Positions 52,600 to 64,000 of a stretch of DNA of 64,000 nucleotides are shown here, in pieces. The DNA comes from Paraspadella gotoi (taxonomy: Eukaryota; Animalia; Chaetognatha): the NCBI GenBank assembly GCA_051294375.1, contig CM119270.1:835238-899237 (forward strand). The letters are read 5' to 3'. A model generated the notes under the pieces. That model was given only the letters and a program-made list of their open reading frames with translations. It was not told the DNA's origin and did no database searches. Positions within the stretch are counted from its first letter, which is position 1. Every line of letters begins with the position of its first letter. The position numbers and the translations under genes were made by a program.

Positions 52600-54000
52600 T
52601 CGAGTACCGCGCTTCTAATAAGGCAATGAGGAGAAGAAAAGACTAGCCATCGCATTATTGATATTTTTACTGAGTGATGAAAACCGACACGTCTTTATAT
52701 GCGCCCCATTGGAGTTGTTTCTCCTTGTTGAAGACACATTTTTGTCACTAACTTTCTGGTCGGCAGTCTTTGTACATGTCTGTATGGACAGCCATATAGT
52801 TTGCATACTGGGTTAGTATGGACATTGTAGTGAGCGAGCTGCTACAGCTATAGCTTTTATATCAAGATTTGATATCACTCTCCTGCGTTTTATCCGCGCT
52901 TTTTTCAATGCAGGCTGACCAACCTAACTCGTCAGTTGCACTCATACGATGCGTCCGGACAAGTTCGCCAATCGACGGGAATGTCTTCTGGACTCACCTC
53001 GTCTTTTATAACTTCACATGGTGATATTGTCCACCCTTAAGTCTCTTCTCAAGTGACAAAAAGGAGCCAGCATGAAACCTATAACTTTGAGGGAGGAAAA
53101 AAGCGGGCCCTTGGCTAAAACTTAGAAAATAAAGAAATAAGTTCATCTCCACCCTGAAGAGAAAATCTGTTTGGGAAACAAAGCCAATCAACGTACTCAC
53201 TAATTACTGGGCAAGATCAACAATGTAGTAACGCATGTTGGGTGATCTTACCACCCACTGTTCCCAGATGGATAAAAAACGGGCGTCTAACTATAGACGT
53301 AAATTCTCAATGAGCATAATATATGTAAACGTATGAAAATGCAGCCCTTGCTCATGTACGTTGCACGACAGCAAGCAGATGGATGCGGCATTGCAACCCT
53401 GTTTGCTGTGACTTATTAACATTTCTATAAACGGACTAGAGTCCCGCATAGAAAAAGGGAAGTAAACGAATACGTAATTCTGATTCTGAAAATGGATCTT
53501 TGATGTCTGATTCTGATGATGTTATGAAAACGAAAGAGCCTACAAATTGTGCTTCTTGCTGAATGAATTACTACTACGTTCCGCGGTATTTCTTGTCTTG
53601 GAGAATAAATGATGAGCTACAAGGGCATGTCATCCCTGAACTCCAGACCCATATCTGGCCAAACTAAAGGCTTTTACAGTCCGACTTCTCCCTCCATAGT
53701 AAAATGGAGGAAATGGGTTGTACTCGGACGCCGTCTACAGTACCTGATAAAAATGAGAGTCTTTGCCTTAGACTCAAACAGATCTTATCATTGTTAAGAC
53801 ATCTTAACGTGTTCAAATAACAACGTCCAAAACGTTCTATATAGAATTTTTGTGAAAGAATAAGCCGCCAGTCACCAGACACACTTGTAACTGTCGATAA
53901 GGATATACCTGATGAAATCGATCGATGAAAACTCATGAAAATTAATGAAATCACATTGCTCTGCCCTGCAGACACGTTTAAATTAATGGCGAAATAAATA
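52600..54000 (-). CDS. Antisense coding segment B in LTR element 2
   Basis: Homologous peptides (LSFLSG, HFLHFTMEGE, FLYFLSFSQG); track ORFs 53664-53975 and 53006-53200 are fragments of it. Confidence 0.55.
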
Positions 54001-56813
54001 TTATATACGCCTGGTATTAGTGGTAATACATAGAAGAATCAAGGATGCATCAGGCGAATGGTCACATTTGTATAACTATAATATCAGTTAAACCTTAAAG
54101 GGTTGTCCTCTAGCATGCTTCACTGTGGGCCCGCCCCAGATCCTCTGCCTATGATTTTGGGCCCGCCTTGCCAGATCCTCAGGAGCAGGCAGCACCTGCA
54201 CCTGTTACATTCAGGAAGTGTGTGATTATTTTAGCAAGAGAATGTTGTCTGTTTTCATGTGGGAGTGCTTCTGCCAAAGAATAAGCACAAAGTTTCTTCT
54301 AAACTTCACTTCAAATCCCACTGGTAATTGTGGGATTGTGCAGTGGTTGGACGGAAAAATAATGTGAGACGGAAAACATTGTTTGTAAAGTTCTCAGTGA
54401 CTTGGGAGTGAAAAGTGAGATAAAGTGGATTGAAACATCTCACTCTGACAAAAAATGAAAATTTTTGGCGAGAGGGGTAGTGAGTGATTACATCATAGAT
54501 AAAATTTTTATGTCAATGTCAATTTTCATTTTACTTGATAATAACATAAGGCGACATTTCTTTGTTTTGTTTCATTCTTTAAGGAATCCCACAGCTCCAG
54601 GATCCAGACTAGTAAAAATGACAGACCGGAAAGCTTGCCCGCAAGATAGCGAGGACTAACAAGCTGCACAAAATGTGTGAAGCTAATGGCGCTTAAAATG
54701 GCGCCACAAAAGTTACTACCTTACTGACACAAGTATGTCGACACAAACAAGTTAGCAACTACCAACACAGTTTTGATGATAGAACTGGTTAAATTTGTTT
54801 GAAACTTACGAAATTTGCAATTCGTCCTCCATTAAACACACAAATAAAAATGGCTAGGTACAGGGATCCAGCTATGGTATCACGTATAAATGAAAGATTG
54901 CCACTGAATAATTTTATTTAACCTACAACACAAAGTTCGTCTCTCTTCCTAAAGTATCAATAAACTAGAGATATATTGTTTATGTATAATAGAGCATTCA
55001 ATTTTAAAATATTATATTTCCAAGTTTCTTAAAAGGTTATATGCGAGAATATTTTAAATATAAATACTCGTTTCAAAAGATGATAATTGTTGATCGTGTT
55101 TAATACTAAGTAAAATAAAATACTTTTAGATGAGAAAATTATACCTCAGCTGCTGATTTATGTGTATGTTGAAAGGCCTTGTATGTTATGAGTTGATACA
55201 AACTGGGTATTGTTTTCCCTCTTGCTAGATGTTCTTATAAATCTAACTTTTATTATATATAACTTAAGAGCAATGTTTCTAAAATGATAATGAAAACCCG
55301 TTTTGGCAAATATTAATTGAATATTCTTTAAAAAAAAAAATTTATATACTTAAATGGTTAAATGATACGAATACATACATATTTGTTTTTGCAATTGTTT
55401 GTTGTGGCTTTTTCTCCCTGTTATAAGCTAGGCAGCACGGGCCCTCACGTTGCTTTTGTGCATTAATAATACTCATTCAACAGGCCTTACACGTCGTTGT
55501 TGGCCTGTTCTTTTGTAAGAAAAGGTAGTGAAATAGTAAAACGAACCTAAAGTTTAAAATTTCCTTATGGAATGGATAAGAAATGCAGTTACATTTCTCA
55601 GGATAATATAAAATAACGAGATTTTTTATGCAATTTTTTTGGAAAAAGGGACAGGATGGAGTGTGACATGTTAAAATTTTGAAAAAAAAATGCTTGAATT
55701 TGCATTGTAACCAGAATCTTGCAAAATGATTATGAACTTGAAAACATTCAGCTCATAGTGAGAGACTGAACACATCTTAATACAGGCGGTAGTGGACCTC
55801 CTGTTGGACTATCATGTCAAAAGTAAAGTTACGAGAAAAGGTCACATTTAGACGATTGATCAAAGCGTTATTTATGTGACACTACATACATGGGAATGCA
55901 GAGTTAAATTTAATTTTAATAATGAAAATTAATTGGTTAGTGTCTATTTAATTCACAGTAAAAATAAAAGGCATTCCTATTTGTGATGAATGTCACTCAT
56001 ATTAGAGAACTCTTAGCAACAACGGAAAACAGTTAATCAAAATATGTCGATAATATTAATCAAATTACTTAAGTTATTATATTTGAAAACTTTTATTGAT
56101 AGTAATAATTCGACTCATTCAAGTAATCAACTACTTATTATATTTTATTGATATTGTAATTTGATCAATCATATGTCAATTCACTTAATTATTTCTTAAG
56201 GTTAAGGATAAGTCGGCGATACTCGACAACAAAGATTGCATCCCGATGTCCTAAATCTAGGTTGTCGGATTGATTAGAAGCCAAAAGTTTTTATTGAAAT
56301 TCGAGTTTATTAGACAGCTATTAAGTAGAGTCTAAAACGAATTTCAAGAATCCCAGTTTCAAAGCTAGACAATGGCGTTACGATATGTGCCGTCAGAAGT
56401 TAGGACGAGGTTGCCAGGAATATGGTAAACAGTTTTATTTTATAGTTTCACATTTTGGTTGCCAAATATTGGTTTTGATTGATTGTTTAATTGATACTGT
56501 AGTTTTGATTTTGAATTTCTGCAGAACCTGTTTTCCTTTATGACGCATTTATTTTTTAGTATCTATGACTACTTCTAGAGGCATTTATGCCGATTTGTTT
56601 TTAATGCCCAATGTTACTTAAGCGCGTTTACCTTTTACTTTACTAAACTCCTAAAACGTATTTTGCGCATAGCTTAACCTGTATGACGGTGTACACGCTT
56701 TTTTTGCTATTTGTTCTACAATTTGTTTTCTCTTGCCCTCATTTTGTTTTTAACTTTTGAATAATTAATAAATTCATTTAATTGATTTAGATTATATTTT
56801 TTAGGAAGGGCGG

Positions 56814-57095
56814 TGTCAAGAAATATTAAAGTATATTACAAAATCTGCGGTCTTAGTTTTACAATAACGCATTCGCCGAATTGTAAACAAATGCTTTTTG
56901 GTTTTCGATCGCTTTGTAATTCTTTCAGTCGTGATTTTGGCCAGGAGTAACCAATTTGTATTTCTCCTCCGTTTTATTTTCTTTTTGTTTTACCTTATTT
57001 AATATAACTATTAGTGAATACTCCAAATCCTCTAATTAATATATTAGCTAAATAGTATTGTGCAGTTTTACAGGAGTTAGTAAATAAAGACGACA
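56814..57095 (+). repeat. 3' LTR of element 2
   Basis: TGTCAAG...CGACA, 282 bp, preceded by a PPT; shares AAATCT.CGG and TTTGTTT(T)ACCTTAT with the element 1 LTRs. Confidence 0.75.
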
Positions 57096-57439
57096 CCCCC
57101 TCCGCCCCCTCCCGCCCCCCCCCTTCCGCGCCCCCCGAACCATTTCCGGTCATTCAGCGTCTCTTCGCCACCAATCAGCATCTTTCTGTCCTTTTGGGCG
57201 CCATCTTTTTTTTTGAGAGAGAGAGAGAGAGAGGAGGCTGACGAGGCAAAGAGGGNNNNNNNNNNNNNNNNNNNNNNNNNAGATAGAGAGAGTGGGATGC
57301 AGGGAGGAGGAGGGAGAGAGAGAGGAGGAAAAAGAGGGAGAGAGACGTAGAGAGAGAGAAAAGAGAAAAAGAGAGAGAGAAAGAGGGAAGGAGAGAGAAG
57401 GAAGGTGAGAGAGTGATAGAGAGAGAGAGACAGAGACAG

Positions 57440-58188
57440 AGAGAGAAACAGTGCGATGAGGAAGAAAAACGAATAATTACTTTTTTTTTCTAGAATTTTT
57501 TTTTTTATAAATGAGAAGAAAGAGTTGAAGTCTACGCGACGCAGGTAAAAATGGGCGTGGCAATCGCAAAGTGGGCGTGGCTGGAGAAAAGAATAAAAAA
57601 CGAGAGAAAATAAAAAAATTGGAAAAATTCACGACGGAGGCAAAAAAATAAAAGGGAAACTAATAAAAAGAAAAGTTTGAGCAAACAATTCCGGATCTAC
57701 CTACGATCATTAGCGGTAAGCAGCTGATTAGATAATTAATTAATCAATCGAGTAATTTACTAATTATTAAATAATAATTAACAACAATCTCAAAAATGAC
57801 GACAACAACGACAACAACAACAACATTTTCTCGACCTCATCTTTGTCCGGACATCGATTCTCGAAGCTCATCTTTCGTCGCACGTACGAAAAACGTTTGC
57901 GCGGACGTCGGAAGCGTCAAGCGTGCGTACACGCGAATAGAAATGCGTACACGCGAAGGAAAGAAGGGGCCGAGGTGGGATTTGAACGTACTTTGGGCGT
58001 TTGACTATTTATTCCTCCGACCAAGTCTTCGCTGAAGTCTCCCTGGCTCTATCCCTTATCACTCTCCCTCTCTCTTTTATTCTGTCACTCGCTCTCTCTC
58101 TCTCTCTCTTCCTATTTATCTCTCCCTGTCCCTCTCTCTCCCTCTCTCCCTCTCTCTCTCTCTCTCTCACTCCCTCTCTCGACCCCGC
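57440..58188 (+). repeat. Left arm of inner inverted repeat (partner 59820-~60600)
   Basis: CCGAGGTGGGATTTGAACGTACTT..GGGCGTTTGAC at ~57970 is reverse-complemented at ~59995-60030. Confidence 0.9.
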
Positions 58189-58605
58189 NNNNNNNNNNNN
58201 NNNNNNNNNNNNNACACGCAGAAAAGGGGATGGAACCGCGCTTTTTTCACCCGATGACGCGGGTGCCGCTGTAGCCGCCGCCGCACCGCCGCCAGCCGCG
58301 CTGCTGCTACGAAGAGAAAAAAGAGGAAGTAACCGTTCTCGTCTCTGAGGGCGCGAAAATGAGTGGAGGGGAGAGGGGGGAGGAGAGGGGGCGGAGGGGC
58401 CGCAGGTAGGGGATGTGAAGAGGGAGGGAAAGATAATTGATGTGAAAGGTTTGTGACGTGAAGGTAAAGGACCGAAACGTTTAATGTTTCATATAAAAAT
58501 GTATAACGCGAAGATAAAGGAGGGGGGGCGGGGCTGGGGGTTTGGGGGAGGGAAAAGATGGAGACAAAGGATAGAAAAGAAAAATGGGGACATGAAACAC
58601 AAAGA

Positions 58606-58676
<71 letters not shown>

Positions 58677-58773
58677 CATAGCGTGGAAAATGGAAGCGAA
58701 GAGGGAATGGCATCTTGAAAAGAGGTGTTTTCTGTTTCGCCGATGAAGCCACAAAGGCGGGTAGAGAGAGAGG

Positions 58774-58805
<32 letters not shown>

Positions 58806-58924
58806 AGAGAGAGAATAAAAATTCCTTTTCTGATAACCCTTGAACTTTCATGAATTGCAAACAGTCGCTGATCGCTCCTTCACCCCTTTTTTAATTCTTT
58901 GTCTCTCTCTAATCTCTCTCTCTT

Positions 58925-58988
<64 letters not shown>

Positions 58989-59237
58989 ATTTCTTTCTTC
59001 ATTCTGAAATTCTTTTTTCAAATCATCTTTGTAGTTTTTTCTATTTATTTTTAGAAAGTAAGATGAACAATGAAAAAATTACAACAACAACAACAACAAG
59101 TGACGCCCTTAGAGAGATTTTGTGAAACGTAAATCCATCCTTTTCTCTCTTCTTTTTTCTCTCTCTCTCTCTCTCTCTCTCGTCTCTTCTCTTCTCTCTC
59201 TCTCTCTCTCGTCTCTCTCTCTCTTCTTCTCTTCTTC

Positions 59238-59486
59238 CCTTCGGCCGGGTTAACCTTTCTATCTCGAGATATTGTCTTCTTTTCTCTCTCCCTTTCTTGT
59301 CCTTTTTCGCAAACTTCTCTCTCTCTCTCTCTCTCTTCTCTCCTCTCTTCTCTCTCTTTTCTTCTTCTCTCCTACTCTGCTTCTTTCCTTATCTTCTTTT
59401 TTTCTTTCTTTCTCTTTCTCCCTTCGCTTGGTTAACCTTTCTATTCGAGATATTGTCTTCTTTTCTCTCTTCTCTTGTTTTTTCCC

Positions 59487-59568
<82 letters not shown>

Positions 59569-59700
59569 CTTTCTTTCTCTCTTCCCTTCGCTTGGTTAAC
59601 CTTTCTATCTCGGAGATATTATCTTCTTTTCTCTTTCTCTTGTGTTTCCCTAACTCTCTCTCTCCCTCCCTCTCTCTCTCTCTTCTCCTCTCTCTCTCTT
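59238..59700 (+). repeat. Three tandem copies of a ~165-185-bp unit
   Basis: GGTTAACCTTTCTAT.TCGAGATATT.TCTTCTTTTCTCT at ~59248, ~59430 and ~59594, separated by (CT)n. Confidence 0.85.
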
Positions 59701-59819
59701 CTCCGGATGAAAAAAAAAAAGGAAAATAGGGATTAAAGGCGGAAAGAATTCTTGTTATCGTCATAATACAAAAAGGAGAAGAGAACCAGAGCAATCCCGA
59801 AAAAAAATGTTTGACGTTC

Positions 59820-60600
59820 GCGGGGTCGGAGAGAGGAGTGAGAGAGAGGAAGAGGAGAGGGAGAGAGAGGGACAGGGAAGAATAGGAACGAGAGAGAAAT
59901 GAGCAGAGCGAGTGACGAATAGAAAAGAGAGGGAGAGTTAATAAGAAGAGCCAGGGAACTTCAGCGAAGACTTGGTGCGGGAGGAATAAATAGGTCAAAC
60001 GCCCAAGTACGTTCAAATCCCACCTCGGCTCTCGTGTGTGTTCCTTCGGACTGCTTTCGTGTACGCAGACCGAGCTTGACGCTTCAGTACCGCCGTGCCA
60101 AAACACGTTTTTCCGTGTGCGACGAAAATATACGAGAATCTCCGATGTCCGGATAAAATCAGCAAGAAGTTCGGCAGAAAAATGTGGTGGGGTTTTGTGT
60201 CGTCCAATTGATTTTGTTACACTGTTTAGTTAAATTTAATGAAAAGCTAGTTACTGAATTGATATTAATTAATTATCTGTGTGCCTTTACCGCTGAATGG
60301 AACCTCGTAGGTTAGAAGTGCCGGCCTGACTCTGGTGACCCCGACTATTTCTTTTTAGTAGTTTCTCTATTTAATGTGTTGTGCCTCGTGTGAAATATGT
60401 TCTGAGTGGGTTTAATGTTTACTCTCCATTTTTGTTACTTTTCTGTCGCACAAGCACACGCACACTTTGATCGGCGATTGCCACGCATATCTTGTAAGCC
60501 TCTGTGACAGATCGCGGATAGAAAGTCGTTCAAACTCTCTTTCATTTCTCTCGTTTCGAAGAAGAAAAATCTGTGCCTAAGAATAAAGCAAAGTCGGATC
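59820..60600 (-). repeat. Right arm of inner inverted repeat (error-rich)
   Basis: Reverse complement of 57440-58188. Confidence 0.85.
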
Positions 60601-62659
60601 TATGCCGCGATTGTATAGTGATTTCGACACCTCGACAAATCTGCACATGGTTGTTCTCCTCTGGCACTCTCATGCGTACTACACTCTGGCCTCGAACTCT
60701 CTCTAAGTGCTGTCCCCTCTCCTCTATCAACGGCTCCTTCCTTCTCCTCATGTCCATGGTAATCACGTGTCTTTTTTTCTTTCTTTCAAAGTTCCTGCAT
60801 ACCTATATACCTTGCCGTCTCCTCGTCGTTACGTATCTTCCACTTATCTGCAGTCTAGTAATGACTCGTTTGTGGTAATGTAGTAGCGACAATCCAAAGC
60901 CGATGAGAGGATTGTTTGAATTTAGTAAAGAATCAACGAAAAAGACTCATCAGAGAGAGAGAAGTGGAGAGAGAGAGAGCAGTGGAGCGAGAGAGAGAGA
61001 GAGTTAAAGAATGGAAAACAGTTGATGCAAGGAAGAGAGCATGATACATCATGATCGCTTCTTTAAAGAGGAATTTGGGGATTTTAACAGTGAAATCTCG
61101 GAAGGTTCCGGCAGAAAATAACAGATTAGTGTTTGTTAAAAAAATTACCCATGATCTGGTAATGGAGGTGGTACGTAATGGACAAGACGATGAGTGATTA
61201 TCCTGGAGGAATTCATGATATTGAATGTCTGACGGTTTTTATTCTCAACAGGATCGTCCTCCCGAATAATCGCCCACTGTCCGGTTGACGTTCAACGCCG
61301 GCGCCGGTCGTTCTCTGTCAAGGAAACAGCATCGTCATCAACACTGACCAACGACTTGACTTGCGTGCTGCCATCTTGATTGCATCCGGTTGAGACTGTG
61401 CTCTTTCCATCGGGCACTGCTGCCCGATCCCGCCCGTTGACTTATGTCCCTTTGTCCTTACCCAAGCCTTCTCCTGCCCATCTTCGTTTTTTCCGTCCTC
61501 CCACTTTTTCCATCTCTCCCCACTTTTCCCGCTATTTTTCCCTTACCCCGCTACTTCATTACCCGTTCCCCCTCCCGTGCCGTTGCGTTCCTGCCATCGT
61601 CTGCGGCCGCCTAGCGCGCCGAGGTCATCGATCAACTTGGGACGGCTCAGCATCGGCGGGCCAAAATCGGGATGAAGCAGATCAAGACGAAGTTTGAAAA
61701 CAAAACGGTACGACGCTTTTGTTTCCTGCCAGAAAGAGTCCAATCATCCAGCAATGAAATTTGGCATGTTTTTCCCAAAGTGATGAGTCTTTGCGACGAC
61801 GTTTAATCGCAATTTGTTTGTTGCCCATTCTTGATGTATAATCTTAGGACCTTATTATGGCACATTTTATCTCTCCACCACCCGGTGTTATTAGCTCTGT
61901 GCACGAATAATTTTTGTCACTTGAGTCACCTATGCCCTAATCTTTCAAAATAGTTTGTCTTAGTAAAATATTCAAACAATAAACAATTCTAAGAAGAAAC
62001 GGTTATGCAATTTTACCTTTATCGTTTTATTCTTATGTAATGAAAGCTTTGGACGGGCGAAAACCAATTTTGTTTTTGCGATTATTTGTAAACTGAAAGA
62101 TAAGAATGTTTGTCGCGTGCGGTAGAGATCTTATCATCCGGAAGTGTCGTCTATCTCCATCTGAGTACTTGCCTTCCAGCCTCCTATTCTCCGCATATCT
62201 CTTCTTCGTCTGAAGAAAAAGAAGTGAACAGAATTGCCGACTCCAGCCTTGGGAACAGACAACGAATACTTATTCGGTCGTCCGCAAAGAGACGCTGAAT
62301 GACCGAGGAGAAATGCGTTCGGGGCGGAGGGGGGGCCCGGGAAGAGGCCGGCCTCAGAGAATGTGCGCGGGCGGACGTTTGTTGGAGGGTGCAATGCGGA
62401 AGTGCAGGCACGTGGAGAACAGAATTAGGGATGATAGAGAGACGTTTATGTGTCCGACCTCATAATTCGTATAAGTTGGTTGGCTATTTGCTATTGGAGA
62501 TTATTTGGCATTATGGCATAATTTATTATCATATCTGATATAAATGCTATTTTGAATGGGATGTCGATGGCCTGAATTCATATTGTGGTTGTTATTATCT
62601 ATGTTGGTGTCTAAATATTATGTGCTGCGGACTTGATGTGAAAGGTGAAGTATGAGACT

Positions 62660-63811
62660 CTGTGTAGTAACGACAGTGGTGGTATTAGGAACTACAAAGG
62701 ACAACACACCGGCTGGAAATTTCTTTAACAGTTAATATTTAGACTTATTTTGATGTCAAAGAAATGAGATCTTCTCTAAAAAGCTCAAACTTCTTAAACA
62801 TTAATGAACCAGAACGTCACAGTTTAACTTTCCTCATCTTCCCTCTAAATACCTGTCCTCGATGTACCATCATCGTCATGCAGGCTCCTCTCCGTGTGTA
62901 CACTCACCAGTACGGACTCACTACGCTGCTCAACCGCAATGCAAAGTAGCACGAAACAACAGTTAGCTCTAGCTCATGCACAGTAGCACGTCCCACAAGC
63001 TGCGAACCTCTGTTACCGAGATTTTAGACTTTCGTTATTTCCTCGACCGTTTTCCCAAATGAGCAAGTTTGTAATCGAATATTCGCTGATATCCCATGGA
63101 TCGGATACAGTCTCGATCTCGTGTCTGTCATTTATAGCTGCGATGCGACGTGTGTCTCGTTCTCTCAGTGCGTCATCCATTCCGTCGCTTCCTCTTTCCG
63201 TCTTCGTCGTCGTCCAATCATCGTCGTCGTCGTTGTCGTCACGGACTCTTTTCCTATAAATTCTATGCTGCTCTCCCTATATATCACCATGTCTTCAATC
63301 GAACCTCAAAGGTTCAATATATATCGACTCTGTATATTGTTCTTTTGACGTAAGTGATTTTTGTTTATTGGTTATTTGTCAGGACGTTCATTATTGATAT
63401 AATGGCAGTTAAAAAGATTGTGAACATCACTTGTGTGATCATTGATATTCGGTGCTTAGTCTCTCCGTCTTTGTCAATTATCTTCGTTTACGTTTTCTGC
63501 ATTGCGTCGTCGATATGTCTCACGTTCGTGTCCGTCAAGCGAGTCATCAGACTCAATCCTGCAGCTCGTTTTGGTCTGTGATTGCTTTTTCGGTATATCT
63601 TTGCTCGCTAACGTCTAATGAAAATCTCCTCCTCTCTCTCTCTGTGTGAACTTTTATTAATATGAAAGTTCACTGTCGAAAATTAATTTTAATTTATTTT
63701 TATTAATATGAAATTCACTGTTCCGAAAATTAATTTTAAATTAAATTTTAAAGCTAATTTTTTTCCGCGACTTACCAGTCATGGTTCATTGTGGCACTGT
63801 GTATGTGCAGT
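62660..63811 (-). repeat. Right arm of long inverted repeat (error-rich)
   Basis: Reverse complement of ~49094-50020, e.g. TTTAGACTTTCGTTATTTCCTCGACCGTTTTCCC. Confidence 0.85.
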
Positions 63812-64000
63812 AAGGCGTAGTGAAGGTACGTACGGAAAATTCTAAAAGGTCAATTATGGTGAACAATGCAACCATCAGGAAACATTAATTTGTAAACAAA
63901 AAATTTAATTTTATGTTTTTTAATTTTCGCAGGTGGCTATACTTTTGATTCTTATCTAATAGTAATACAATCATTCTATATTAAATCCGAAAAAGGTGTA

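Larger units (their letters stand above)
50170..57095 (+). mobile_element. Second, diverged member of the same LTR family; 5'-truncated (no 5' LTR or PBS seen)
   Basis: Colinear conserved blocks with 29740-36079 (e.g. AAGGAATCCCACAG, GATCCAGCTATGGT, CATCTTAATACAGGCGG, GGTCACATTTAGACGATTGATCAA), then PPT and LTR. Confidence 0.85.

Noticed and set aside
59080-59118. PacBio SMRTbell adapter remnant / fold-back centre
   Set aside because: Only (CAA)n and AGAGAGAT resemble the adapter, the GGAGGAGGA part is absent, and the immediate flanks are not mirror images.
212-63649. Most ORFs in the six-frame track (RE-, LS-, F-, D- or X-rich)
   Set aside because: They are translations of (GA)n/(CT)n/(GAC)n microsatellites or N-gaps, with no domain signal.

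Overview
Eukaryotic, repeat-dominated scaffold, probably from an arthropod (inferred from an insect-type tRNA-Gly primer site and an R1-like UTR fragment). It has N-gaps and long stretches of indel-rich, apparently uncorrected long-read sequence. No intact, recognisable protein-coding gene, rRNA, tRNA or CRISPR array was found; almost all listed ORFs are translations of (GA)n, (GAC)n or (AAT)n microsatellites. The region 1-43.6 kb is a tandemly repeated composite unit of about 13 kb (22-bp minisatellite plus blocks B, C and D), and its copies differ by two insertions. The first is a ~5.9-kb element (19739-25682) bounded by CACTATG...CACTGTG heptamers resembling Transib/RAG-like termini; its left end is the first unit of a ~3-kb array of a 70-bp hairpin repeat. 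The second is an 8.65-kb LTR retroelement (27434-36079) with TGTCA..TGACA LTRs, a tRNA-Gly PBS, a PPT and a CTAAA target-site duplication, and the empty site is also present in the window. A diverged, 5'-truncated relative lies at ~50170-57095. Neither LTR element shows gag/pol motifs I could recognise. Comparing the two reveals antisense coding segments with synonymous-codon conservation and conserved antisense splice sites, suggesting a non-autonomous LTR family carrying intron-containing cargo genes of unknown function. The region 49-64 kb contains two nested inverted-repeat pairs. Block coordinates are approximate, and differences between copies are partly sequencing error.
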